From Candidatus Microgenomates bacterium (GTDB taxonomy: Bacteria > Patescibacteriota > Microgenomatia > JAADGY01): 37,155 bases of DNA. Location: contig WFRL01000058.1 of NCBI GenBank assembly GCA_015486555.1, forward strand, positions 1-37,155, in the 5' to 3' direction. The notes under the pieces are model-generated. The model had not been told where the DNA came from and searched no databases. It saw nothing but the letters and a program-made list of their open reading frames with translations. Made by a program: the position numbers and the translations under genes. Shown one piece after another: positions 25,883 to 34,663 of this stretch (its first letter is position 1; the number at the start of each line of letters is the position of its first letter).

Positions 25883-26474
25883 TCTTATCACTGAAAAAAG
25901 CTGGCAGGAGCTAGGAAGCCTTAAGAGGCTAGTTGACTTTGTCTTGATTGGAGGCTGGGCGGTTTATCTTTATACCCAAGCTTTAAAGTCTAAAGATATT
26001 GACATCCTGATTGGCTATGGACAGCTTGAAAAGTTAAAGCAAAGATATGTAGTCTTTAAAAATGGCCGCTTGAAAAAGTATGAGGCAAGAAGAGGAGAAA
26101 TTCAGATTGATGTTTACCTTCCTTATTATTCTCAGATTGGTATTCCAGTAGAAGATCTGATAAGCCACACAGTAGTCCTTTCCGGATTTACTACTTTGGA
26201 AGTTGAATATCTCCTGACTACCAAAGTTTACGTTCTTTCTCGGCGTCAAAACACCCCCAAGGGTAGGAAAGATCTAGCTGATATCCTCGCTTTGTGGCGT
26301 TATGCCAAGGTAGACCCTGCTTTATTTAAAGCGATAATTCGCCAGTATTCTCTTGGGAAAGAATGGTATTCTTGTCAAAAACAAGTTTATGTTCTAAGCG
26401 ACTTTCCAGAATTAAAACTCAATCATTATACCTTTGCCAGGTTTAAGAAATATTTGCAGCAGGTGGTGGATTAA
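25866..26474 (+). CDS. Nucleotidyltransferase (Pol-beta superfamily, AbiEii-like); start revised to ATG 25866
   Basis: FVLIGGWAVYLY..KSKDIDI (GG plus DxD), later IDVY, L.TK and KGRKDLADI. Confidence 0.75.
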   Translation: MNYYSNLITEKSWQELGSLKRLVDFVLIGGWAVYLYTQALKSKDIDILIGYGQLEKLKQRYVVFKNGRLKKYEARRGEIQIDVYLPYYSQIGIPVEDLISHTVVLSGFTTLEVEYLLTTKVYVLSRRQNTPKGRKDLADILALWRYAKVDPALFKAIIRQYSLGKEWYSCQKQVYVLSDFPELKLNHYTFARFKKYLQQVVD

Positions 26475-26699
26475 AACTTAGAGCTTAAAGCTTGGTCTAC
26501 CAATGGGTGGTGGCGGGCTAGGACATCTAGAGCGAGTGCATTTTTTGGAGGTATGTACTTTTTGTACATAGATTGGAAGAAAGTGTTGACTTTTTTAAAG
26601 TCTCCTTTACTTGAAGATCTAGCCAAGGCTGATAAGAATACTATATTAAAAAGGAGGCTCATAGTCTCAAATGTGTGTGACCAGGATATATAATAAAAT

Positions 26700-27143
26700 A
26701 TGGGACGAGTAGAACCATTATTTTTTGTTTACAGTGGTTTATTTTTTATAATTCTTGAGCTTATCTTGGGAGTAAATACCGGTTTAGATCTTTTTTTAGC
26801 TGGGGTAGCCTTGCTCCTGGGCGGTGGTGTTTTTGCTTTAACTAATGTTCTTTGGACAGCAATAGCAACAGCATTGTTAATAATTATATTGTATTTCGTT
26901 CTTTTTCGAGCCGCCCTCAGAGTGAAATTTGTTTCCCCAGCTACCACCAAGGTAAACATAGATCGTTTAATAGGAAGAGAAGGGATAGTTATTAAAGAAA
27001 TAAAATCTTCCGAAGCGGGCCAAGTTAAGGTAGATAATGAGATTTGGCGAGCGGTGGCGGAGAAAAATCTTAATAAGGGAGAAAAGGTTATAATTAACTC
27101 AGTTGAAGGAGTAACCTTAAAAGTTTATCAAAAGGAGGATTGA
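26700..27143 (+). CDS. NfeD family membrane protein
   Basis: N-terminal TM helices, LIGREGIV..GQVKVDNEIWRA..GEKV.I..VEGVTLKV OB-fold; coupled to SPFH gene. Confidence 0.92.
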   Translation: MGRVEPLFFVYSGLFFIILELILGVNTGLDLFLAGVALLLGGGVFALTNVLWTAIATALLIIILYFVLFRAALRVKFVSPATTKVNIDRLIGREGIVIKEIKSSEAGQVKVDNEIWRAVAEKNLNKGEKVIINSVEGVTLKVYQKED

Positions 27144-27982
27144 TGACTTTTTTAATTATTCTTCTGGTTTTATTTTTCCTGACTTTAGCAAAGGGGTTAG
27201 TAGTTATCCGTCCCTATGAGAAGGGGTTAGTAATCCGTTTAGGGCGATATCATTCCACCTTGCCAGCTGGTTTGAACTTTATTGTTCCCTTTATTGACTC
27301 AGTGATTAGGGTTGATATGAGAGAACAGGTAATTAATGTAAGCCCCCAACAGGTGATAACTAAAGATAATGTTAGTGTTTTGGTTGATGCGGTGATTTAC
27401 ACGAAAGTAGTTGATCCAGTCAAAGCGGAATTTGAGGTGGAGAATTTTGAGGTAGCTGCTACTACTCTAGCTCAAACAACCCTTCGGAATCTTATTGGAG
27501 ATAAAACGCTGGATGATACACTAGTAGCTCGAGATACCTTAAATACGGCTTTAAGGGAAACATTAGATGAAGTAACTCATAATTGGGGGGTTAAAGTGAC
27601 CCGAGTTGAGTTAAAACGAATCGACCCCCCTGAAGATATTACAGCAGCGATGAGTAAACAGATGAAGGCTGAGAGAGAAAAGAGAGCCGCCATCCTTGAA
27701 GCTGAAGGAATTAAACAGTCGAATATTCTTACAGCTGAAGGAGAAAAACAGGCGGCTATTCTAAAAGCCGAAGGGGAAGCAGAGGCTCTCAGAAAAGTTT
27801 CCGAGGCTGCTGAGAAGTATTTCCGAGAGAGACCTGAGGTACTCAAAAAATTGGAAGTTCTTCAAACGGTTTTAGCTAAGAATACTAAATTTGTAATTCC
27901 TGCTAATGGGGAAGTGATTAATCTCCTTAATTTGGATGGTGAAAAGAAAACAACTGTTTTGCCGAGAAAGAACAAAGCCTAA
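27143..27982 (+). CDS. SPFH/Band 7 (stomatin/QmcA-like) protein
   Basis: RLGRY..GLNFIVPFID, QQVITKDNVSV.VD, AQTTLR, WGVKVTRVE, QMKAEREKRA; TGATG overlap with nfeD. Confidence 0.95.
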   Translation: MTFLIILLVLFFLTLAKGLVVIRPYEKGLVIRLGRYHSTLPAGLNFIVPFIDSVIRVDMREQVINVSPQQVITKDNVSVLVDAVIYTKVVDPVKAEFEVENFEVAATTLAQTTLRNLIGDKTLDDTLVARDTLNTALRETLDEVTHNWGVKVTRVELKRIDPPEDITAAMSKQMKAEREKRAAILEAEGIKQSNILTAEGEKQAAILKAEGEAEALRKVSEAAEKYFRERPEVLKKLEVLQTVLAKNTKFVIPANGEVINLLNLDGEKKTTVLPRKNKA

Positions 27983-28030
27983 TTAATATTTTATATATAA
28001 TGAGGACGTAGTTAGGTAGAGGTTATTCAA

Positions 28031-29029
28031 ATGATTGATGTTGCAGCTGAAAAGGGAAGATTGAAAAGTGAAGAACTTCAAGGCGAAATGCTGTTGGCAA
28101 GACTTCTCCGCTTATATGATGTTAGCGATGCATTTCTAGAGGAGATGGGATTATCGTTCCTTGAGTTTGAGAAAGGTTTAAGGAGGCGAGCCCTAAACAT
28201 GTGGCTGTCAGGGCACAATAGAGTAGAGGGAACAGTATGGAAAACAGCTTTGGATCCACGGCACATTTGGGATCCCAAAGGGAAACTAGCAGAAATGGTT
28301 TTTGATCAATTGGAACCCTTACCAAGAAGGTCACACGAAAAGGAATCAGAGGAAAAAGAAAGAAGGAAACAAGATTTGCAAAGGTGGTTATCTTGGTGGA
28401 AAAGGTGGCAGTTACAGACAAAACTGAGTCCAGATCAATTAAGGGGCGAACCAAGGATGGTTATTAAAAGGACAGCCCAATGGTTAAAAGATAATCTAGT
28501 GGCTTATACGGCGGGTCATTTGGAAAAACTAGAGCCTGGAGATTTGCAGATGATCCTAGCGTTAGCATCTGTAGTCGACTCTCAAAAGTTATTTGGACTG
28601 CAATATAATGAGGATCGATGGTTGCTCAAGTTAGACCCAGAAGTGAGGAGTATTGATAATGTGAAATCGGGCAGTCGGCAGGGTAAGTGGGTGTACAATA
28701 GGCATTGCGGACAACGAAGGAATGGTGTTATTTGTCTACACGAGTATGATAGTCAACAACGGGGTGGTGTAGGGGATAATTTCATCGAAGTAGCTGGTGA
28801 TCTTATTTCCTTAGTCGAGCGGGCTGAGCAAATAAGTGAAAGGGGAAAAGGAGCAGAAGAAGCAGCGCTTAGCAAAGAAAATGCATCTAAATTACTAACT
28901 CTGACTTTTACGCACTATGAATATAATGTCAGACGTATCTTAACTTTGTCAATTTTAGAGAAAGTCTTAGAAAGAGGAATTGGAAGCCACTTGGAGCTAA
29001 AGGTAGAACCAGCAAAAAGAGAAAGATAA
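28031..29029 (+). CDS. Hypothetical protein (332 aa)
   Basis: Long ORF with TATAAT (27996-28001) and GAGG SD upstream; no motif recognised. Confidence 0.7.
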   Translation: MIDVAAEKGRLKSEELQGEMLLARLLRLYDVSDAFLEEMGLSFLEFEKGLRRRALNMWLSGHNRVEGTVWKTALDPRHIWDPKGKLAEMVFDQLEPLPRRSHEKESEEKERRKQDLQRWLSWWKRWQLQTKLSPDQLRGEPRMVIKRTAQWLKDNLVAYTAGHLEKLEPGDLQMILALASVVDSQKLFGLQYNEDRWLLKLDPEVRSIDNVKSGSRQGKWVYNRHCGQRRNGVICLHEYDSQQRGGVGDNFIEVAGDLISLVERAEQISERGKGAEEAALSKENASKLLTLTFTHYEYNVRRILTLSILEKVLERGIGSHLELKVEPAKRER

Positions 29030-29118
29030 CATCGTCTAAGTTCTATTTCCAAATACAACACAGCTGTTAGAAAGTAATTCATCACCAAAATAGAATTAGA
29101 TGATTTTATCTCTTATGC

Positions 29119-29195
29119 CTCCAACCTAGCTTCTAGTTCTAATCCCCATGCGCCTGTCGGCTAGATCCTTCGTCGCCCCAGCTCCTCAGGATGAC
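29119..29195. repeat. Orphan right half of the REP-like element (long-spacer type)
   Basis: CCTCCAACCTAGCTTCTAGTTCTAAT..TGCGCCTGTCGGCTAGATCCTTCGTCGCCCCAGCTCCTCAGGATGAC with no adjacent left arm. Confidence 0.8.
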
Positions 29196-29399
29196 GAGGA
29201 ATAAATTTTTAATTTGAAATTTTAATTTCTTTCCGAGCCCTGAGCTCTAAGTCCCAAGTTCCGGACTCCAATGACAGTTATATAATAAGGCTGGGTATAG
29301 TTCTTATTTCTGGTTTCCAGTCGGTGCGAAGGCAACTCTATCTAACTGTTGGAGAAGCTTTTAAAATGAGGCCGGCAGTTGGCTGATAGAATATAGATA

Positions 29400-30176
29400 A
29401 TGATAGATAAAGAAAAAATTGAGGTTATTGTCTGGGATGTAGATGGCACCCTTTATAAAAGTGATGCAACTATCCATCATGTTTTTGAAGAGGTGCGTCG
29501 GAAGCTTTTAGAAAAGTACTGGCAACGACCCTATGAAGGAGAGTTAAAAAACTTGTTTTTGGAGTTTAAAGAAAGATATAAAAGTACTACTCAGACTCTG
29601 GCTGTTCTCACGGGGTTAAGTTTAAGTGAGGTGACTGAAAAGGTTGAGAGCCGGTTGAGGAAAGAACGTCACCTATCGACAGATCCTAGACTTGTGAGGA
29701 TGTTCCGACGATTTTCTTATCTTACTCATCTAGCTCTTAGGAATGGTGGTCGAGAAGAAACTTTACACATTCTTGAACAACTAGGCCTCAATGAGGTTAG
29801 AGTTGATGATCATTATCAGCTTGGTCCTTTTCTTAAGGTTTGGGGAAGTATTGATGACTTTTACCTAACTAAGCCTTGCCCTGGAGTTTTTGACCGGGTG
29901 AAATTATGGATCTATAAGAACCTTTTCTATCAACCAGGGGAAAAAGTAACTTCTCAAACTATAGACCAAATTGCTGCCCAGGTTTTAATGGTTGGAGATA
30001 AGCCGGAAGTTGATCTTAAGCCGGCTAAGGAAGTCGGTTTCCAAACCGCTCTAGCTTGGTCTGATCTTCCCTCTTCTAAACTGCCTGATTATGTGGATGT
30101 TGCTTTACCGACAGTTTATGATTTAGAAAGGGTCTTAGATTTACGAGCCCGGCTCGGAAAACCCGGCTCGGTATAA
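29400..30176 (+). CDS. HAD-superfamily hydrolase
   Basis: Motif I WDVDGTLY, motif III KP, motif IV MVGDKPEVDL.PAK.VG. Confidence 0.9.
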   Translation: MIDKEKIEVIVWDVDGTLYKSDATIHHVFEEVRRKLLEKYWQRPYEGELKNLFLEFKERYKSTTQTLAVLTGLSLSEVTEKVESRLRKERHLSTDPRLVRMFRRFSYLTHLALRNGGREETLHILEQLGLNEVRVDDHYQLGPFLKVWGSIDDFYLTKPCPGVFDRVKLWIYKNLFYQPGEKVTSQTIDQIAAQVLMVGDKPEVDLKPAKEVGFQTALAWSDLPSSKLPDYVDVALPTVYDLERVLDLRARLGKPGSV

Positions 30177-30180
30177 GTTG

Positions 30181-30251
30181 AGCGGGATAGGGGAATCGAA
30201 CCCCCATTTTCTGCTTGGGAAGCAGATGTACTGCCACTGTACTAATCCCGC
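30181..30251 (-). tRNA. tRNA-Gly (anticodon CCC), CCA not encoded
   Basis: Minus strand GCGGGATTAGTACAGTGGCAGTACATCTGCTTCCCAAGCAGAAAATGGGGGTTCGATTCCCCTATCCCGCT folds as a cloverleaf; anticodon stem TCTGC/GCAGA, T-loop GTTCGATTC. Confidence 0.95.
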
Positions 30252-31132
30252 TTAAGTATATTATAACTGGCATTAAGAAGTTTTTGATAAGCCTCTAGTT
30301 GCCATAATTTCCTAAGGTTATTGAACCCCAGCCCAATAGTAAAGAGAATTTTTTCTAAAAGAGGAATTCTAGGCGAGTGGCTGTAAATTAAACAAAGGAT
30401 TAAAGTAAGAATTGAGATAGCAAATTTAGTTAGGTCGCCAATCTCCATATGAAAGAAATCTTCAATTAGAAGTTCCAAACCGATATTTAGGATAAGGAGA
30501 TAAGCCGCTTCGGCTAAGATAGGCTCTTTTTCGATAAGATGGATAAAGACCCCCGCAGCCAACCTCATTAAAAAGATGCCGATAGCTACCCCAGTAAAAA
30601 CATAAATGAATTTATCAGAGATGGCTACTGCTGCCACTACGTTATCTAAGCTGAAAATGAGGTCAGATAACTCAATGACAATAACCGTTGACCAGAAACC
30701 TTTCTTTGCCTTTTTCTCAAGAGGGATGACCTCTTTTTTCATCTCTTCTTTTACTTCTTTCTCAATGCTTTCTCCTTTTTCAGTTAATTCTCCTAGGTGA
30801 TCAACAGCCAACTTAATAAGGTATAATCCTCCGACTAATCTTAACCAGGGGTTATGAATGATATAGGTGGCTAAAAGAAGCATTAGCCCCCGACCAAGGT
30901 AGGCTCCTAACAAACCCACTCTTAAGGCAGCTTGTTGTTGGTTGCCCAAGAAAATGTTTAGTTCTTCAGCTAGGTATTGTGGCACTATAGCTGGCCAGGG
31001 TGTCTTTTTATGAGAGGGTAAATGAGAGGCTAAGCTTCCTAAAACCATAGCATTGTCAATCGATAGAATTCCTTCAAGGAAGATAAGCTGAAGGATTATT
31101 AAACCACCATCAACTAGCCAGTCCATAGTCAT
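30242..31132 (-). CDS. TerC family integral membrane protein
   Basis: LEGILSIDNA, ALRVGLLGAYLGR, GGLYLI, IELSDLIFSLDNVVAAVA; start may be the second Met (31126). Confidence 0.92.
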   Translation of the reverse strand: MTMDWLVDGGLIILQLIFLEGILSIDNAMVLGSLASHLPSHKKTPWPAIVPQYLAEELNIFLGNQQQAALRVGLLGAYLGRGLMLLLATYIIHNPWLRLVGGLYLIKLAVDHLGELTEKGESIEKEVKEEMKKEVIPLEKKAKKGFWSTVIVIELSDLIFSLDNVVAAVAISDKFIYVFTGVAIGIFLMRLAAGVFIHLIEKEPILAEAAYLLILNIGLELLIEDFFHMEIGDLTKFAISILTLILCLIYSHSPRIPLLEKILFTIGLGFNNLRKLWQLEAYQKLLNASYNILKRD

Positions 31133-31169
31133 TATTTTAACTCCTTGTTCAATCTGCGATAATAAATGT

Positions 31170-32822
31170 ATGTCTTTTGGTTTGTATCGTTTTCCAAATC
31201 CAATTCTTCTTTTAAGGAGAAAACAAAGAAGTATTTTTAAAGCTAGCCTAATTATTCTGGTTTCAATACTTTTTTCCCGTTTACTAGGGGTAGTTAGAGA
31301 CCGTCTTTTTACTACTTACTTTTTCGGTGGTCGGGAGTGGCAATTAGATGTTTATTACGCTGCCTTTAGGATTCCAGACACTCTTTACCAGCTTCTTATT
31401 AGTAGTGTGATAATGGCTGGTTTTTTACCCATTTTTAGCCAGAAGTTAGTCCGTCAGTCTAAAAGTCGAGCCTTCAATTTTGCTTTGGTAACTATCTTTA
31501 GTCTTATCTTTATCTTTTCTCTTATTGTTGCTCTATCTTACCCCTTTTGGCCTCAACTCCTTAACTGGTTAGCTCCTGGTTTTAATTTTTCCCAAAGAAA
31601 ATTGCTTCTTCAACTGACTCCCTATATTGTTTTAGCAGAGTTAATTCTAGCCGCCTCAAACCTAAGCGTTCTCATTCTGCAAACACATAATAACTTCATT
31701 TCCCCCGCCCTTTCCCCTTTAATGTACAACTTGGGGATAATTTTGGGTATCGTTGTCCTCTCGCCACGTTATCAAGCTTTGGGTTTAGCCTATGGGGTGG
31801 TCTTAGGCAGTTTAGGTCATCTTTTTATCCAACTGCCAGCCTTAATTCAGGTGATCGACGGCAAACTAAATCTCAGTCTTTATTCTTGGCAAGAAATTAA
31901 GATTGATCTAATCAGGTTTTTTGACCTCTCTTTACCTAATTTCTTATCCATTTTCTTAATTCAGGTCCAAACCAACTGGCTAACTCGATTAGCCACCTTT
32001 TTAACTATGGGGAGTCTTTCCTTACTCAATCTAGCTAACAATCTTATCCAATTGCCAATAAGCATTTTTGCCTTAGCCTTGGGTCAAGCTATTTTTCCTA
32101 AGCTAGCTTTGTCTCAAGAAAGAATGGATCAGAAACGGTTTATCTATCTTTTTGAACAAGCTATTCAACAGACATTTTTTATTATCACCCCCCTATTAAT
32201 TCTTTTCATAGTTCTCCGTCTCCCTCTAGTCCGCTTGATTTTAGGATCTCGTCATTTTAGTTGGCGGAATACAGTTATTACTGCTAAAATTATTGAGATT
32301 ACCCTGCCAATTATCCTGGCCCAGAGCTTGAGTGTTACCTTTCAAAAGGTATTTTTGGCTCTTGGCCAAAGTCGTTTCATTCTCATCGCTCAATTCTTTT
32401 CTACCCTCACTTTTGTAGGATTGACTCTTTATTTATTACCCCGCCAACCAACAGTTCTGAGCTTAGCTTGGGCTCTTTCCTTAGCAGCAGTGGTTAAATT
32501 TTTCCTAGCTGGTTGGTTACTTCTAAAAGGTAATCCTCTTCTCCGTGTAGCTATTCTGAACTCTCTTCAGACCTTTGTTAAGATTACTTTAGTGGGGGTA
32601 ATCTCCCTCCTCTTGGCCTGGTTAAGCTATCGCTTAGGTAACTCGCTCTTTAACCCAGCCTACATAGTCAGTCTTTTTTGGATCATCTCTTTAGTGGGTG
32701 TAGTAACTGGGGCAAGTTATCTTAGCTTAAGCTATTGGTTAAAGATTAGCCCCCTTTTTTCTTTGGCTAGCCAGTTTTATTTTTTAAAGCTAAGATCAAA
32801 TGTTTTTCGGGTGAAACGGTGA
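31170..32822 (+). CDS. murJ: Lipid II flippase MurJ (MviN)
   Basis: SRLLGVVRD, DVYYAAFRIPD, FLPIF, LP.SIF..ALGQAIFPKL; many TM helices. Confidence 0.88.
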   Translation: MSFGLYRFPNPILLLRRKQRSIFKASLIILVSILFSRLLGVVRDRLFTTYFFGGREWQLDVYYAAFRIPDTLYQLLISSVIMAGFLPIFSQKLVRQSKSRAFNFALVTIFSLIFIFSLIVALSYPFWPQLLNWLAPGFNFSQRKLLLQLTPYIVLAELILAASNLSVLILQTHNNFISPALSPLMYNLGIILGIVVLSPRYQALGLAYGVVLGSLGHLFIQLPALIQVIDGKLNLSLYSWQEIKIDLIRFFDLSLPNFLSIFLIQVQTNWLTRLATFLTMGSLSLLNLANNLIQLPISIFALALGQAIFPKLALSQERMDQKRFIYLFEQAIQQTFFIITPLLILFIVLRLPLVRLILGSRHFSWRNTVITAKIIEITLPIILAQSLSVTFQKVFLALGQSRFILIAQFFSTLTFVGLTLYLLPRQPTVLSLAWALSLAAVVKFFLAGWLLLKGNPLLRVAILNSLQTFVKITLVGVISLLLAWLSYRLGNSLFNPAYIVSLFWIISLVGVVTGASYLSLSYWLKISPLFSLASQFYFLKLRSNVFRVKR

Positions 32823-34663
32823 TCACTGGCTGAGTAATAAGAAAGGTTATCCAGTTTAGTTTTTGATTGGGGGAGGAAGATTAAGCTACCCACTTTATTT
32901 TCTATTGGATAAGTTAAAGGCAGACTGAGTTGATTAGAATTGAAATTAATTTTTAGCTGTCCTCGAGAGGTTGAGAAAGAGACCTCCTGCCATTTGTTTT
33001 CTTCTACTTGAGGTAGAATAAAGAACTTTGATCCTCGTCCATCACTCATTAAAACACCAAACTGAAGATGGAAATCTTGGTAATACCAACCCAAGTTTAG
33101 AGTGATTTTATCGACCTTTAAACTAAGAAGATTAGAAGGGGTTGTTCTCTTTTGATTAAGCTGGAGCTGGAAGCTTAACCACCTTATTTTTTCCTCAGGG
33201 GGAATAAAAAAGAATTGGTGATACTCTTTGGTTAGAAGAAGGCTATAGTCTTGAGGATTAGCTGAAACACCCCTCCCCCGAGGTAGTTTGTCAATTTGTT
33301 TAAGAATAATTATTCCAGCCTGATGCTGCCTCAGAGCTAATTTGGAATCAAAATGGTGGTTGGTTACCACTAGATATGTTTTCTCCTCTTGTAAAGGTCC
33401 GGCATAGGTTTCCATCTGCCAGAGGCCATCCGGCCAGAAGCGGAAATGGAGGTAATTGTCAGCCAACAGTTGCCCCTGATTGGATACAAGAAGGCCAACT
33501 CTTCTTTTATCGGAACTTTTTAAACCGATGATGGACAAGGAGGGATTGGAATCTATATGGAAATAGGTTCGCCAAGGCAAGAGATGGAGTTGTTGCCAAG
33601 CGTACCAGCGGGGCTTAGCAGCTAAGCCAGGCTTCTCATTAGTGAAGAGTCCCCATCTGCCCCAATACTTCTGAGATGGATTGAAGCCATCCTTTACCTC
33701 GAAGAGGAAAAGTTTGTCCTGGGGGCGAATGAAAGGGGTAAGTTTTCCAACCGTAGCCAAAGTGTGCCAGTAACCATAATTGGAGTCATATTTAGGGTTG
33801 ACTTGGCCGTCGATACCCCACTCAGTAATGAAGATTGGTAGTTGGGGTAAATCCTCCTTTTTTAACAACTCCTTAGCTAGAAGATACTCGTTGAGTATTT
33901 TTTCTGGCTGGGGGTGATAGGCATGATAAGAGAAAAAATCTAAACGAAGCTTCCTTTTTTTTACTTCCCGCAGGAAAAAAGCTAACTTTTTTTGGTCAAA
34001 GTAACTCCAAGATGGTCCACCGATAAGATAAGTAGTTGAGGTTGGTGGTAAAGATGAAAGAGTTAGTTGGTAAAGATTCAGGTAGGTTTTGATACTCATA
34101 TGACCAAAAAGATTAGGTTCATTCCAGACCTCGTAAATAAGATTGTTTAGGCCTCTCTCTTCCGAAAAGTGTCTTACTGTCTGGCTAATAATTTGAGACC
34201 ATAACTGAGGGTTTTTAAGGTGGCCTGTAGGAGCATGGTTAGTAGTTGCTTGGATGGGAAAGTAAGAGAGGACCAGGGCTGGTCGGCTGCCACTAGCTAA
34301 GATTTCATTAACCGCTTGATCGAGTTGGCGCCAGTTAAACTGGAGTTGGTTATTTTTAAAAGTAACGGTTTGATAATTATCAAAGATATGGTCTAAGCGA
34401 ATATATTGAGCGGGAGAGTTTTTAAGGTAAGGGATAGTTACTGCCAGCATTGGGGATGAGTCTTCACCGCCTTGAGCCAAGTTCTGCCAGAAAGGTTGAG
34501 TTGTTTTACTTCTGGCGGAAAAATATATAAGGAAGTGGTGTTCTTGGCTTAAGTTTGCCCGACTAAAAAAAAGACGGAGGGAATTGAAATTATACCTGAT
34601 AAGAATTAAAGAAATAAAGAGAACAAAGACTAAAGATAACTTAAGCAGATTTTTTTTGATCAT
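32777..34663 (-). CDS. Membrane-anchored GH-A clan glycoside hydrolase (GH39-like) with C-terminal beta-sandwich
   Basis: YIRLDHIF, YEVWNEPN (acid/base), IGGP, LDFFSYHAY, ITEWG (nucleophile). Confidence 0.8.
   Translation of the reverse strand: MIKKNLLKLSLVFVLFISLILIRYNFNSLRLFFSRANLSQEHHFLIYFSARSKTTQPFWQNLAQGGEDSSPMLAVTIPYLKNSPAQYIRLDHIFDNYQTVTFKNNQLQFNWRQLDQAVNEILASGSRPALVLSYFPIQATTNHAPTGHLKNPQLWSQIISQTVRHFSEERGLNNLIYEVWNEPNLFGHMSIKTYLNLYQLTLSSLPPTSTTYLIGGPSWSYFDQKKLAFFLREVKKRKLRLDFFSYHAYHPQPEKILNEYLLAKELLKKEDLPQLPIFITEWGIDGQVNPKYDSNYGYWHTLATVGKLTPFIRPQDKLFLFEVKDGFNPSQKYWGRWGLFTNEKPGLAAKPRWYAWQQLHLLPWRTYFHIDSNPSLSIIGLKSSDKRRVGLLVSNQGQLLADNYLHFRFWPDGLWQMETYAGPLQEEKTYLVVTNHHFDSKLALRQHQAGIIILKQIDKLPRGRGVSANPQDYSLLLTKEYHQFFFIPPEEKIRWLSFQLQLNQKRTTPSNLLSLKVDKITLNLGWYYQDFHLQFGVLMSDGRGSKFFILPQVEENKWQEVSFSTSRGQLKINFNSNQLSLPLTYPIENKVGSLIFLPQSKTKLDNLSYYSASDHRFTRKTFDLSFKK

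Noticed and set aside
26471..26693. 63-aa minus ORF, and a plus-strand open frame continuing after the NTase stop (..MYFLYIDWKKVLTFLKSPLLEDL..) faintly like a HEPN/DUF86 tail
   Set aside because: No RxxxxH motif, no well-spaced SD or promoter; the similarity is too weak to call.
30181..30230. tRNA-Gly as attachment site of an integrated island
   Set aside because: I found no duplicated tRNA 3' end and no integrase in the window.
30076..30273. 65-aa minus-strand ORF
   Set aside because: It is a translation across the tRNA-Gly gene and antisense to the HAD gene.
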